Shown one piece after another: positions 11,731-21,177 of a stretch of DNA of 64,000 nucleotides. The stretch comes from Candidatus Omnitrophota bacterium. Its GTDB lineage: Bacteria > Omnitrophota > Gorgyraeia > 1-14-0-20-64-10. How positions within the stretch are numbered: position 1 is the stretch's first letter; each line of letters begins with the position of its first letter. The stretch lies in assembly GCA_023818695.1 (NCBI GenBank), contig JAMWCF010000002.1:66-64065 (forward strand), written 5' to 3'. The notes under the pieces were generated by a model. That model ran no database searches. It saw nothing but the letters and a program-made list of their open reading frames with translations, and had not been told where the DNA came from. The translations under genes were made by a program, and so were the position numbers.

Positions 11731-13384
11731 GCGGATCGAAGAACTGCTGCTGAAGAAAAAATGGCTTTCCGATGAGCAGTTGCAGGAGGCCCAGCGGGAA
11801 CAGCGGGCTTCAAAAGTTCCTCTGGGGACGATCCTCGTGCAGAAGGGGTTGATCAGCCCGGAACAGCTGGCTCAAGCTCTGGCGGAACAGTACAAGATGC
11901 CTTTTGTCTCCTTGAGGGAGATGGAGATCAGCAGGGAGGCGGTGGACCAGGTCCCCGTGAAGGTCGCTCTCCATTTCAAGATCGTCCCGGTCCGTCTGGA
12001 AAACGGGGTCTTGACCGTCGCGATCTCGAATCCCCAGGATGTTCGGCTGCTGGATGATCTGCGGGTGGCGTTGCAGGGGCGGTTCTCCATAAATCCGGTG
12101 CTGGCGACGGAGGAGGAGATCGGCCAGGCCCTGAAGAGAAATTACGGCGTCGGAGCAGAGACGGTGGATCAGATCCTGGCCGGCCAGCGGCCGGGGGCCG
12201 CCGAGACGGCCGGGGACGAGGCGATCGAAAACATCCAGGAGCTTGCCGGGGACGCCTCCGTCATCAAACTGGTCAACCAGCTGATTCTGGAGGCCCACGC
12301 CAGGAGGGCCACCGACATCCACCTGGAGCCGTACCGGGAGAAGATCAAGTTGAGGTACCGGATCGACGGGATCCTCCATAACATCGATGTTCCGCCCACC
12401 ATCCGCCAGCTCTTTCCGGCGATCATTTCCAGGGTCAAGGTTCTCTCGAATTTGAGTCTGGTCGAAAGGCGGCTTCCGCAGGACGGCAGGGCCAGCGTCA
12501 AGATTGGGGAGGAAAAGCTGGATTTGAGGATCTCCATCCTGCCGAGCTCTCGGGGCGAAAGCATCGTCGTTCGGATTCTCCCGAACCAGCGGATGATCGG
12601 GTTGAAGGATCTGGGGTTCCGGGAGGAGGACCTGCGGATGCTGGAGGCGATCGTCAGGAAGCCGCACGGGCTCGTCTTTGTGACCGGCCCGACCGGTTCC
12701 GGCAAGACGACGACGCTTTACGCCTGTTTGAATACCATCAACTCGGATGACAGGAAGATCATTACCATCGAGGACCCGGTGGAATACGAAATGGAGGGGG
12801 TCACCCAGGTCCAGGTCAATCCGGCCATCGGGCTGACCTTCGCGCAGGGGTTGAGAAGCATGCTCCGCCACGACCCCGACGTCATGATGGTCGGAGAGGT
12901 TCGGGACACGGAAACGGCCGAACTGGCCATCCGGATCGCGCTGACCGGACACCTGGTCCTTTCCACCATCCATACCAACGACGCTACCAGCGGGATCAGC
13001 CGGCTGATCGATATGGGGATCGATCCCTATCTGATCACCTCTTCGGTGGAATGCATCGTGGCCCAACGGCTTGTCCGGCTGCTCTGTCCGGAGTGCAAGG
13101 TGGCCGGCGCCTCCTCCCTGCCGGGGATGGAAAAGGCGTTTCAAGCCAAAGGGTGTCGGGCATGCCATCGGACTGGATTCCGGGGCCGGACGGCGATTTA
13201 TGAGTTTTTCCTCCTCTCCCAGCAGATCAAGGATCTTATCCTCCAAAGGTCTTCGGCGGACGCCATCCGCAAGGCGGCCATCGAGCTGGGAATGCAGCCG
13301 ATGAGGGAGATGGGCTGGGAGAAAGTGAAGGCCGGCTTGACCACCCTGGATGAAGTGTTGAGAGCGACTCAGGATGAGAAGTGA
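11720..13384 (+). CDS. gspE: Type II secretion / type IV pilus assembly ATPase (GspE/PilB family)
   Basis: 554 aa. There is an N-terminal MshEN-like motif (PLGTILVQKGLISPEQLAQALAEQ) and Walker A GPTGSGKTTT. Also present are the Asp box, Walker B (MMVGEVRD), the His box (LVLSTIHTND) and a tetracysteine cluster (CPECK...CRACHRTGFRGR). Confidence 0.9.
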
Positions 13385-14604
13385 GGCGCAAAGACATCAT
13401 GCCTGCTTACCGGTATGTCGCTAAAAAGGGGCCGCAGGAGCTGATCGAGGGGATCCTGGAGGCGGATACCCGCGCCAATGTTCTCACCCAGCTGGTAAAC
13501 CGGGGCTACACGCCGGTGGAGGTGACGGAGGCCTCCGGCTCTTCCGATTCGGCGGCGGTCAGCCGGGTCAAGGTTCCCGTCAGGGAGCTGAACCACGTGA
13601 CCCGCCAGCTGGCCTCCCTGGTCCGGTCGCAGGTTCCGATCCTGCGGGCCTTGCGGGTGATCGGCGACCAGACGAGCCATCCGAAAATCCGGGCCGTCAT
13701 CCGGAAGATCGAGGAAGACGTCCGTCAGGGGAATACCGTCGCCCAGGCCATGGGACGATACCCCCGCGTCTTTCCCCCCCTCTACACGAGTTTGGTCCAT
13801 TCCGGAGAGATCGGCGGCATGCTCGAGGAGGTGCTGGACCGTCTGGTCCAGCAAGCGGACAGGGAGGAGGCCCTGATGGGGAAGGTTCGCTCGGCGCTGA
13901 TCTACCCTTTTTTTGTGGCCGGGGTGGGAATCCTGACGGTCCTTTTCCTGCTCTCCTTCGTGATGCCAAGAATCGTCCGGTTGTTCGACAATTTTGAAGG
14001 GGTCCTCCCGTTACCCACCCGCATTTTGTTGACGTTGTCCGATTGGGTTTGCAATCCTTCATTTTGGGGTATATTAGGGGGAGCCGTTTTCTGTTTTTTT
14101 GTCGGGCTTCGGATTCTCGGAGAGAGGGGATACCTGGTGCGGGACCGGCTGATTCTGAAGCTGCCCCTCATCGGGCCGATGATAAAGCAGGTGGAACTGG
14201 CCCGATTCGCCAGATCTTTCGGGCTCCTGCTGGATCATGGGATCCCGATCCTGCATGCCACGGAGATCGCGGTGCCGGTCGTCGGCCACCGGGTGATCCG
14301 GATGCAGTTGAGCCGGCTTTCCGGCGGTTTGAAGGATGGTCAGCTGTTGTCGGCCTGCTTGAAGGGGATGCCGGTCGCCACGCCGTTTTTAGTCAACACG
14401 GTGGCCGTTGGGGAGGAGTCAGGCAAAGTGGGGGAAGCGCTGATGGAGGTCGCCGGTTTCTATGAGAAGGAGGCCGATCGCACCCTCGGGACGCTGGCCA
14501 CTCTCCTGGAGCCGACCGTCATTCTGCTCGTCGGCGCCATCGTCGGTTTCATCGTCATGGCTGTTTTGCTGCCTATTTTCGAGTTGAGCTCCATTGTCCG
14601 TTAA
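13381..14604 (+). CDS. gspF: Type II secretion / type IV pilus platform protein (GspF/PilC family)
   Basis: There are two GspF-type repeats with TM segments. MPAYRYVAKKGPQELIEGILEAD is a typical family N-terminus, so the ATG at 13399 is the more likely start. The GTG at 13381 would give a GTGA overlap with gspE. Confidence 0.85.
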   Translation: MRRKDIMPAYRYVAKKGPQELIEGILEADTRANVLTQLVNRGYTPVEVTEASGSSDSAAVSRVKVPVRELNHVTRQLASLVRSQVPILRALRVIGDQTSHPKIRAVIRKIEEDVRQGNTVAQAMGRYPRVFPPLYTSLVHSGEIGGMLEEVLDRLVQQADREEALMGKVRSALIYPFFVAGVGILTVLFLLSFVMPRIVRLFDNFEGVLPLPTRILLTLSDWVCNPSFWGILGGAVFCFFVGLRILGERGYLVRDRLILKLPLIGPMIKQVELARFARSFGLLLDHGIPILHATEIAVPVVGHRVIRMQLSRLSGGLKDGQLLSACLKGMPVATPFLVNTVAVGEESGKVGEALMEVAGFYEKEADRTLGTLATLLEPTVILLVGAIVGFIVMAVLLPIFELSSIVR

Positions 14605-15580
14605 ACGGTTGTCATTCCTTGGCGCGCTTCTTTTCGCCGCCGTTCTTTCTACCAGCGGGCCCGCGGAGCCGGTTGAAGATCCCTCTGCCGCTGACCCGGC
14701 CGGCGAGATCTTCGGCACGCCGGTCCCTTTGTCCAACTACCAGTTTGCCAGGAGAGTGACCGCCATGTTCCCCAGGCCATGGGGGGCGAACAGCGCTTCG
14801 GCCGAGGAGCAGGAGCGTTTCACCTGGGAAAACCTGATTCTGCACTTTGAAGGCCACCGCCGCGGGATCACCGTCTCGGATGACGAACTGGAGCGGCAGA
14901 TCAACGAATTTTTGAAGGGAAACAAGCAAACCTTCACCCGCCGGGGCGATCCGGATGCCTACCAGAAATGGGTGAAGGAATACATCGGGGAAACGCCGGA
15001 TCTCTTCGAAAACCAAACCCGTTATCTGGTCCAGATCGCGAAGGTCCGGGACCTGATCTGGAACGATGTTCAAGTGACGGTGACAGAAGAGGAGATGCAG
15101 CAGGAATTCTTGAACGAAAAGCATCATGTCGGCGGCGAGATGGTCATCTTCGACTCCCGAGAGGAGGCGCAGGCCTTTTACGAAAAACACAAGAGCCGGC
15201 GTGCCTGGGAGAAGATGAAGGCCGCAGACAGGAAGAAGCCGGAGAAAGAGCGCCGGGTCCGGCCCGTCAGCACCATGACGCTGGAGGCCTACATCGAGCT
15301 GTGGGGGATCCCGAAGGAACAGATATACGCCTTTCACGCCGGCGAGATCGGTTCGGTCGCACCTCCTATGCCGTTTGGGTCCTCCCAGTGGTGCGTCTAC
15401 CGACTGCTGGACAAAAGGTCAGGGGATCTCGCCGATTTCCCGAAGGAGCGGGACCGGTATAGGGAGCAGATCGATTACAAGAATCGTCTGAAGGCCCAGC
15501 GCGCGAAGATCGACGAGCTTATCGCCTCGGCGAACCTGAAGGTTTTTGTGGACCGGGATTCTGCGGCAGGCGGATCTTGA
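14594..15580 (+). CDS. Secreted protein, weakly SurA/PpiD-N-terminal-chaperone-like; function uncertain
   Basis: Signal peptide MSVKRLSFLGALLFAAVLSTSGPA. The helical, charged body has segments reminiscent of SurA_N-type chaperones (ITVSDDELERQINEF; RYREQIDYKNRLKAQRAKIDELIASANLKVFVD). No PPIase motif is seen. The 3' end overlaps the convergent kinase gene by 62 nt. Confidence 0.4.
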   Translation: MSVKRLSFLGALLFAAVLSTSGPAEPVEDPSAADPAGEIFGTPVPLSNYQFARRVTAMFPRPWGANSASAEEQERFTWENLILHFEGHRRGITVSDDELERQINEFLKGNKQTFTRRGDPDAYQKWVKEYIGETPDLFENQTRYLVQIAKVRDLIWNDVQVTVTEEEMQQEFLNEKHHVGGEMVIFDSREEAQAFYEKHKSRRAWEKMKAADRKKPEKERRVRPVSTMTLEAYIELWGIPKEQIYAFHAGEIGSVAPPMPFGSSQWCVYRLLDKRSGDLADFPKERDRYREQIDYKNRLKAQRAKIDELIASANLKVFVDRDSAAGGS

Positions 15581-16784
15581 ACGAGGTTCCATTCCCGGCT
15601 TCGCTCTGAACTGCGATCGTCCCTCCGTGACCCTCCACCAGGGCCTTCGTGATGAAAAGCCCCAAGCCGAGCCCGCCGGTTTTCCTCTCGTGGATTCCTC
15701 CGATCGACCGGAAAGAGTCGAAAAGGGAGGGGAGCGCTTCATGGGGGATCCCCTTGCCGGTGTCGGTGATCCGGATTTCCAGTTCGTTGTCGTCCGCCGC
15801 CGCGCTGATGGAGACCTTTCCGCCTGAATCGGTGGCCTGCACGGCGTTTTCGATCAGGTAGACGAGGCCCTGCTGGAGGTGGCGCTTGTCGGCCTTCCAG
15901 GTCAATCCGTGGGGGATCTGCCCCTTTTCCAGCCGGACCCCCTTGCCGTCGGCCGCCGGCCGCTGGGCGATCTCGGTCTCGGACAACAGCTGATCAATGT
16001 CCACGGTTTCGAAGGAGAAGGCGAGTTTGCCGGTGATCACCTGCGTCGCCAGCAGGACTTTGTCCAGGAGATGGTGGAGCCGATCGACGTTCTGCGAGAC
16101 GGTCCCCAGGAATTCGGTCTGCTCCGCGTTGACCGGGCCCAGCGCCCCTTCCGAGAGGAGACTCACCCCTTCCCGGATCACCGTCAGAGGGATCCTCAAT
16201 TCATGGGAGATGATGGAGAGCAGCTCGTTCTTCGAGCGGTCCGCCTCCTGGAGGCGCTCCACGAGCAGGGCGTTGCGAAGCGCCGCCTGAAGCTGGTCCA
16301 CGACGGTTTGGATGGCGTGGATGTCCTGTTCGTTGAAGATGTTCTGCTGGGCGCTGAAGATCGACAGGATTCCCCCCGTCGTTCCCCCGATCGTCATCGG
16401 GAAGGAAAGATGGGAGCGGATGCTTCCGATCGGTCCGGAGCCGGTGGTGCCGAAATCGTCTTCCGTCATGACGGCAACTGAGTCTTCATCAAAATGTTTC
16501 TGCGTCTTTTCGGAGGCGGTCCGCAGTATCTGGCGGGAGATGTTGGTCATGTCGACCTGGGAGATCGGGGCGAACCGGGTCAGGAACAGCTTGCGGGGTT
16601 CCGCCAGGAAAATTCCGCACAGGGCGATGGGAAAGGTTTGCTTCAGATAGGAGGCGACGTGCCGGATCATCTGCCTGGTCTGGAGGGTGGCGCGCAGGAG
16701 GCGGCCGATCTCGTTGACCGTCTTGATCTCTTCCTTCAGCAGGGCGATCTGGGATTTCAGCTCCGCCGGCGTCACGTCAGGCAT
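15519..16784 (-). CDS. Cytoplasmic GAF-domain sensor histidine kinase
   Basis: 421 aa with no TM helix. A GAF-like N-terminal half is followed by H-box SHELRIPLTVIREG, an N-box (LIENAVQAT) and G-boxes (DTGKGIP, GGLGLGL). Confidence 0.85.
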   Translation of the reverse strand: MPDVTPAELKSQIALLKEEIKTVNEIGRLLRATLQTRQMIRHVASYLKQTFPIALCGIFLAEPRKLFLTRFAPISQVDMTNISRQILRTASEKTQKHFDEDSVAVMTEDDFGTTGSGPIGSIRSHLSFPMTIGGTTGGILSIFSAQQNIFNEQDIHAIQTVVDQLQAALRNALLVERLQEADRSKNELLSIISHELRIPLTVIREGVSLLSEGALGPVNAEQTEFLGTVSQNVDRLHHLLDKVLLATQVITGKLAFSFETVDIDQLLSETEIAQRPAADGKGVRLEKGQIPHGLTWKADKRHLQQGLVYLIENAVQATDSGGKVSISAAADDNELEIRITDTGKGIPHEALPSLFDSFRSIGGIHERKTGGLGLGLFITKALVEGHGGTIAVQSEAGNGTSFKIRLPQNPGPQKPSGSPRR

Positions 16785-16790
16785 GAGTGG

Positions 16791-16819
16791 ATTATATCAG
16801 CCGGTCAGCCGGTTGGCCA
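16791..16819 (-). promoter_or_regulatory. Candidate sigma70-like promoter abutting the kinase start codon (possible leaderless mRNA)
   Basis: On the minus strand there is TGGCCA (16819-16814), a 17-nt spacer and a perfect TATAAT (16796-16791). The -10 ends only 6 nt before the ATG (16784-16782), and no Shine-Dalgarno sequence fits in between. Confidence 0.3.
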
Positions 16820-16838
16820 GACGGCCGGCGGGCCGGGG

Positions 16839-17213
16839 TTCACAGACACGCTCGGCCGGCCCGGCGTGCCGGCCTCGCTCGGTTTTCTCGGTCGCTCTCC
16901 GGCCTTCCTGAACAGGCGCAAACGAAAATTCGACCCCGACGAATAAGAGGAAGCCGGAACCGTGCCCGCTGCCTCGAAAAACGGTCTGCTCACCCCGATC
17001 CCGCCGGCCGGTGTGCCGGATACCCGGCGGTGCTGGGGCCCCCGCGAGGGGTTGGCCCGCGCGCGGACGCTCATGAGGCCGGGGCGGGCACGGTGTCCCC
17101 GGCGGACTTTCCGTTGGGGGACGAGCCCGGCCGAATGCGCGAGTGAGGCTTGCCTCGCTGGGGTAGGCCGAACGGTCCGCGGCGGGCCAACCCGAAGCAG
17201 GGGTGGCACCGCT
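16839..17213. repeat. Copy 1 of a bipartite GC-rich intergenic element, split by a ~280-nt hairpin-rich insertion (possible structured RNA)
   Basis: Block 1 (16839-16870, ttcacagacacgctcggccggcccggcgtgcc) and block 2 (17170-17213, gaacggtccgcggcgggccaacccgaagcaggggtggcaccgct) match 26000-26031 and 26044-26087 at 29/32 and 41/44 positions. The intervening DNA is non-coding by composition, flanked by 8-nt direct repeats gcctcgct (16872-16879 and 17152-17159) and full of short GC stems. Confidence 0.6.
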
Positions 17214-17340
17214 GGATGCCGGCAACCAGCAACAAGCGACTAGCAACGGGCCGCCGTCTTAAGGTATTATGGTGACTGGAGATCAGAGAAGCCAGATGAG
17301 TCTACCGACAGCATACTGTCTCACCTGCGGAGGGTAGCGG

Positions 17341-20300
17341 GTGCTCCGTTTTTCGCAGGGGCGGAGAGTGGCTTTTCCCATTCTCCTGCTCTGTCTCTTT
17401 CTCACGGTTCTCTTCTGGCGGTACACCGCCTACAACACCGCCCGCGAAGCGAGGCGGAAATTCCAGGATGCCGTTGACGCCTCCCATCAGCTGATCAAAA
17501 GCCGGCTGGATCTCTGTCTGAATGCCCTCTACGGCTACCAGGGACTTTTCGCCGCCAGCCAGACCGTCACCAGGCAGGAGTTTGCGGCTTACTCGAAGGG
17601 GATCGACCTCCGGCAGAATTACCCCGGCCTTTCTTCCGTCAGCTTCGTGGAAAGGGTTCCCGCCGACAGGAAAGCGGAATTCCTTCAGAGGGTCCGGACC
17701 GACACCAGCGTCAATCCGGAGGGCTTCGGCCAGTTTTCCATCTACCCGGTCGGCTCGAGGGAAGAGTACTGGGTCGTTAATTACATCGAGCCGTTTCAGG
17801 GACACGAGGAGGCACACGGTTTCGATTTTTCGACCGAACCGGTCCGCAGAGCGGCGCTTGAAAAGGCCTGGCAGACAGGCAAACCGACCGCCACAGGCCG
17901 GATCTCCCTGCTGACCGGCACCGGCAACCGGGCCGGATTCCTGGTCTTCCTGCCGGTCTTCCCGCCGGAGAGCCCGGATCTGCCGCTTGAAGAGCGCCGC
18001 CAGCAGCTCAAAGGTTTCATCGTCGGAGAGTTCCACGTCTTAGAGCTGTTCCGCGAGCTTTCCAGCCGCCCCCACTTTGCGCCACGCGTCGATTTCGAGA
18101 TTTTCGACGGCCAGGGGCTGACCGACCAGCACCTCCTTTACGACCACCGGAAAGGGCAGAGGACCTGGGTGCCGGATTACCGCCCCCGTTTTTCCCAGCA
18201 GAGGACGCTGGCGGTGGCGGACCAGCAGTGGCGCCTCTCCTTCGCCGCGATGCCGGGGTTCGGCCTGACGGAGGCCAAGGAGGGGCTGCCGATCCTCGTC
18301 CTGTGCGCGGGGATCGTCTTCAGCTTCCTTCTTTTCGGGATCGTTTATTCGCTCTCCTCGTCCCGCATCCGTTCGATGAGTTTGGCCGAGCGAATGACGC
18401 GGGAGTTCAAGGAGAGTGAAGAGCGCTACCGCCTGATGGCGGAAAACTCCACGGACATGATCTCCCGGCACACCCCCACCGGCATCTATCTTTACGCCTC
18501 TCCCGCCTCCAAAAACCTGACCGCTTACGAACCCCAGGAGTTGACCGGCCACGCGATGCAGGAGTTCATTCACCCTCAGGACCTGCCGAAGGTGGAAACG
18601 GTGATGTCGGCGGCTTCGGGGGAGGACGTTTTCACGATCCGGTACAGGGTTCGCCGGAAGGATGGCGGGATGCTGTGGGTGGAGACGACCTGCCGGCGCG
18701 TTCGCGATCCCCAAACGAAGGCGGTCCGGGAGATCATCGCCGTCTCCAGGGATATCAGCGACCGACAGAAGACGGAAAAGGAGTTGGCCCGGTTGGCCGC
18801 CTTCCCGGAGGAAAATCCCAACCCGGTCATTGAGCTGGATGAGGAGGGGGCTATCTCCTACCTGAACCAGGCCGCTAAATCGCAGTTCCCAAAACTCCTG
18901 GATCAAGGGCTTCGCCACCCAATCCTGGAGGGGGTGGTGCTGGCGGCCGCGGAGCTGGAAAAGGGGGAGCGGCGGTCATTGGAGAGGGAGGTCCAGGTCG
19001 GCGAGTCGGTCTTTGAGGAGCTGATTTCCCTCGTTCCCGAAAGCCGCTCCATCCGCATCTACGCGCTGGATGTCACGCATCGAAAACGGTTCGAACGCCA
19101 GCGCCAGGAACAGGCGCGGCAGCTCGAAAAAACGAACAAGGAGCTGGTTCACCAGCAGAAGATCATGCAGCAGCTGCTGGCGGATCTGCAGTCGTCCAAG
19201 AGCCAGCTGGAGGCCTCCAACAAGAAGCTGGCAGAACTGCTCTCCGTGAAGGATGAGTTCGTGGCGAAGGTCAGTCACGAATTGAGGACCCCGTTGACGG
19301 CGATCAAAGAGGGGGTCCGCCTCCTGCTGGATTCCGCGCTGGGGCCTGTCAATGAGGAACAGGTCGATTTCCTCAAGACGATCGAGGAGAGTATCGATCG
19401 GCTCGCCGAGCTGATCAACAATCTCCTGGACCTCTCGAAGCTGCAGGCGGGCCGTCTGCGGCTGGTCCGGCAGAAGGTCAGCATCCAGGAGCTGATCGAA
19501 TCCACCATCCGCAGCTACAGGATGATCGCCGGCTCCCGGAGATTGACCGTCGAGTGCGGCGTGGTGCCGGCGGTCTTCGCCGATCCGAACCGGATCCTGC
19601 AGGTTCTGGGCAACCTTTTTTCAAACGCTATCAAGTTCACCGGCGAGCGCGGCAACATCGTTTTTTCCGTTGATGTCCGGGACGGGCAGGTGGCCGTCTC
19701 GGTCAAAGACGACGGTCCGGGCATTTCCGAAGAGGACCTCAAGAAGCTGTTTCAGAAGTTTTCGCAGGTCGGGGATGCAGCCAGCCAGACGCGCGGAACC
19801 GGTTTAGGGCTGGCGTTGTGCAAGGAGCTGGTGGAGCTGCACGGAGGATCCATCGGCGTCACATCCGAGCTCGGCACGGGGACCGTTTTTACCTTCACGC
19901 TGCCGATCTATACATCGGAAATGGCCCTGGAGAAATCTTTCGAGCAGCTTGTGGAATCCGCCGGCCGGGCCGAGAACGAGGTGGTCGCCTTGATCGTGGT
20001 CGACCTGGCGCAGTTCACCGGTCCCTTAGCCGCCGCCAAGGAATGGGACCCGGCGACCTGCGCTCAAAAAGTCGTCGACCTGGCTAGGTCCCATCTGAAA
20101 AGGAACGATGTCGTTATGGAGATCGGCAGCCACTCGGGCGTCGTGCTGCTCTCCGCCCAGTCGGCCGGGATCGCGTCGGTGGCCCAGCGGTTGAAGAAAC
20201 TTTTGGCGGAGTGGCTCATGTCGACCGCGTCGTTGAAGATGCTTCCGGACATCCGAATCGGGACGGCCGTCTACCCGGAGGACGGTTTGGACGTCATGAC

Positions 20301-20355
20301 GCTGCTGGCCAAGGCGAATTCCGCTCTTCAGGCGGCCAGCGGAAAGCACGCGTGA
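17341..20355 (+). CDS. CHASE-PAS hybrid-architecture sensor histidine kinase with a degenerate GGDEF-like C-terminal domain
   Basis: 1004 aa.
- N-terminal TM helix, then a periplasmic CHASE-like domain (YWVVNYIEPFQGHEEAHGFDFSTEPVRRAALEKAWQTGKPTATGRISLL), then a second TM helix.
- PAS domain (EERYRLMAENSTDMISRH...) and a coiled coil.
- H-box SHELRTPLTAIKEG and HATPase motifs (DDGPGIS, GTGLGLALCKELVELHGG).
- A C-terminal ~170 aa segment shaped like a GGDEF domain but with IGSHSGVVLL in place of GGDEF. Confidence 0.85.
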   Translation: MLRFSQGRRVAFPILLLCLFLTVLFWRYTAYNTAREARRKFQDAVDASHQLIKSRLDLCLNALYGYQGLFAASQTVTRQEFAAYSKGIDLRQNYPGLSSVSFVERVPADRKAEFLQRVRTDTSVNPEGFGQFSIYPVGSREEYWVVNYIEPFQGHEEAHGFDFSTEPVRRAALEKAWQTGKPTATGRISLLTGTGNRAGFLVFLPVFPPESPDLPLEERRQQLKGFIVGEFHVLELFRELSSRPHFAPRVDFEIFDGQGLTDQHLLYDHRKGQRTWVPDYRPRFSQQRTLAVADQQWRLSFAAMPGFGLTEAKEGLPILVLCAGIVFSFLLFGIVYSLSSSRIRSMSLAERMTREFKESEERYRLMAENSTDMISRHTPTGIYLYASPASKNLTAYEPQELTGHAMQEFIHPQDLPKVETVMSAASGEDVFTIRYRVRRKDGGMLWVETTCRRVRDPQTKAVREIIAVSRDISDRQKTEKELARLAAFPEENPNPVIELDEEGAISYLNQAAKSQFPKLLDQGLRHPILEGVVLAAAELEKGERRSLEREVQVGESVFEELISLVPESRSIRIYALDVTHRKRFERQRQEQARQLEKTNKELVHQQKIMQQLLADLQSSKSQLEASNKKLAELLSVKDEFVAKVSHELRTPLTAIKEGVRLLLDSALGPVNEEQVDFLKTIEESIDRLAELINNLLDLSKLQAGRLRLVRQKVSIQELIESTIRSYRMIAGSRRLTVECGVVPAVFADPNRILQVLGNLFSNAIKFTGERGNIVFSVDVRDGQVAVSVKDDGPGISEEDLKKLFQKFSQVGDAASQTRGTGLGLALCKELVELHGGSIGVTSELGTGTVFTFTLPIYTSEMALEKSFEQLVESAGRAENEVVALIVVDLAQFTGPLAAAKEWDPATCAQKVVDLARSHLKRNDVVMEIGSHSGVVLLSAQSAGIASVAQRLKKLLAEWLMSTASLKMLPDIRIGTAVYPEDGLDVMTLLAKANSALQAASGKHA

Positions 20356-20729
20356 AGATCCTTCTGGTCGACGATGAGCCGAGCATCGTCAAGATGGTGG
20401 GCAAGCGTCTTGAGATCGCCGGTTTTCAGGTGGTCGTCGCCATGGACGGGGAGGAGGCGCTTCAGAAGGCCAGTTCCGAAAAACCGGATCTGATTATTCT
20501 GGATTTCATGCTGCCCAAAAAAAACGGCTATGAGGTCTGTTCTCTTTTGAAGAAGGATCAGCGGTACCAGAAGATCCCCGTACTTCTTTTCACGGCGAAG
20601 GCGGCCGAGGAGGGGGAGAAGATCGGGGCCGGCTGCGGCGCCGACGGTTATATCCGCAAGCCGTTCCAGGCCCAGGAGTTTTTGGACACTATTCACGGCC
20701 TTATCGGGAAATCAAAGGGGAGTGTCTGA
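20352..20729 (+). CDS. Single-domain response regulator (REC only)
   Basis: The GTG at 20352 overlaps the kinase stop (GTGA). VKILLVDDEPSIVKMV...PDLIILDFMLPKKNGYEV...PVLLFTAKA...GADGYIRKPF carries the DD, D, T and K receiver residues. The ORF-track start at 20211 lies inside the kinase gene and is unlikely. Confidence 0.85.
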   Translation: MKILLVDDEPSIVKMVGKRLEIAGFQVVVAMDGEEALQKASSEKPDLIILDFMLPKKNGYEVCSLLKKDQRYQKIPVLLFTAKAAEEGEKIGAGCGADGYIRKPFQAQEFLDTIHGLIGKSKGSV

Positions 20730-20736
20730 AAAAACA

Positions 20737-21177
20737 ATGAAAATGAGAAAAAAGAAGGGGTTCACCCTCATCGAACTTATGCTGGTGATTGTGATCATCG
20801 GCGCGCTGGTCGCCATGGTCGTTCCCAAACTGGCGGGCCGCTCCGAACAGGCCCGCCGGACGGCGGCGGAAGCCGACATTAAGGGAAACTTGAGTTTGGC
20901 GCTGCGGCTTTATGAGGTGGACAACGGCCGCTATCCCACCACCGAACAGGGGCTTAAGGCGCTCCTTGAAAAGCCGGCCGCCCCACCGCTGCCGACCAAC
21001 TGGAAGGGCCCCTACATTGAACAAGAGCCGGTTGATCCGTGGGGAAAACCTTACAACTATCGGTATCCGGGGACCCATCCGCCCCGGGATTACGATCTTT
21101 TTTCCTATGGTCCCGATGGGGTGCAAAGCGATGACGACGTCACGAACTGGGGGCAGGCGACAAGCGAAGGTAAATAA
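20737..21177 (+). CDS. gspG: Type II secretion major pseudopilin (GspG family)
   Basis: The prepilin leader and cleavage site are MKMRKKKG/FTLIELMLVIVIIGAL. GspG-type motifs include EADIKGNLSLALRLYEVDNGRYPTTEQGLKAL, the C-terminal DPWGKPYNYRYPG and the tail SYGPDGVQSDDDVTNW. Confidence 0.85.
   Translation: MKMRKKKGFTLIELMLVIVIIGALVAMVVPKLAGRSEQARRTAAEADIKGNLSLALRLYEVDNGRYPTTEQGLKALLEKPAAPPLPTNWKGPYIEQEPVDPWGKPYNYRYPGTHPPRDYDLFSYGPDGVQSDDDVTNWGQATSEGK

Noticed and set aside
16836-16946. tmRNA. The segment has GGGGTTCACAG at its start and GCAAACGAAAAT... resembling a tag-coding segment that ends at the TAA at 16944.
   Set aside because: There is no tRNA-like 3' end (no GGUUCGAAUCC T-loop or CCA context). 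The would-be tag ends ...FDPDE rather than an Ala-rich degradation tag.
16797-17250. RNase P RNA on the minus strand. The reverse complement contains ACGGAAAGUCCGCC (like the CR-I GAGGAAAGUCCGG) and CUGUGAACCCCGGCC (like ACAGAACCCGGCUUA).
   Set aside because: The two segments cannot form P4 as in type A RNase P: the GCCGGGG/CCCCGGC pairing is not followed by the AAG/CUU part. Other conserved regions (GGGUGAAA..., UAAGAGC, AGAUGAAUG) are absent. The flanking blocks are duplicated at 26000-26087, which a single-copy RNase P gene would not explain. A covariance-model scan is still needed.
20211-20351. Upstream extensions proposed by the ORF track: the response regulator from 20211, the GspK-like gene from 21957, the PilO-like gene from 24623, the small anchored protein from 5428 and the Tiki-like gene from 35885.
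   Set aside because: The extensions lie inside the preceding genes and add non-homologous residues. Internal ATG/GTG codons give family-typical N-termini and 4-nt stop/start overlaps.
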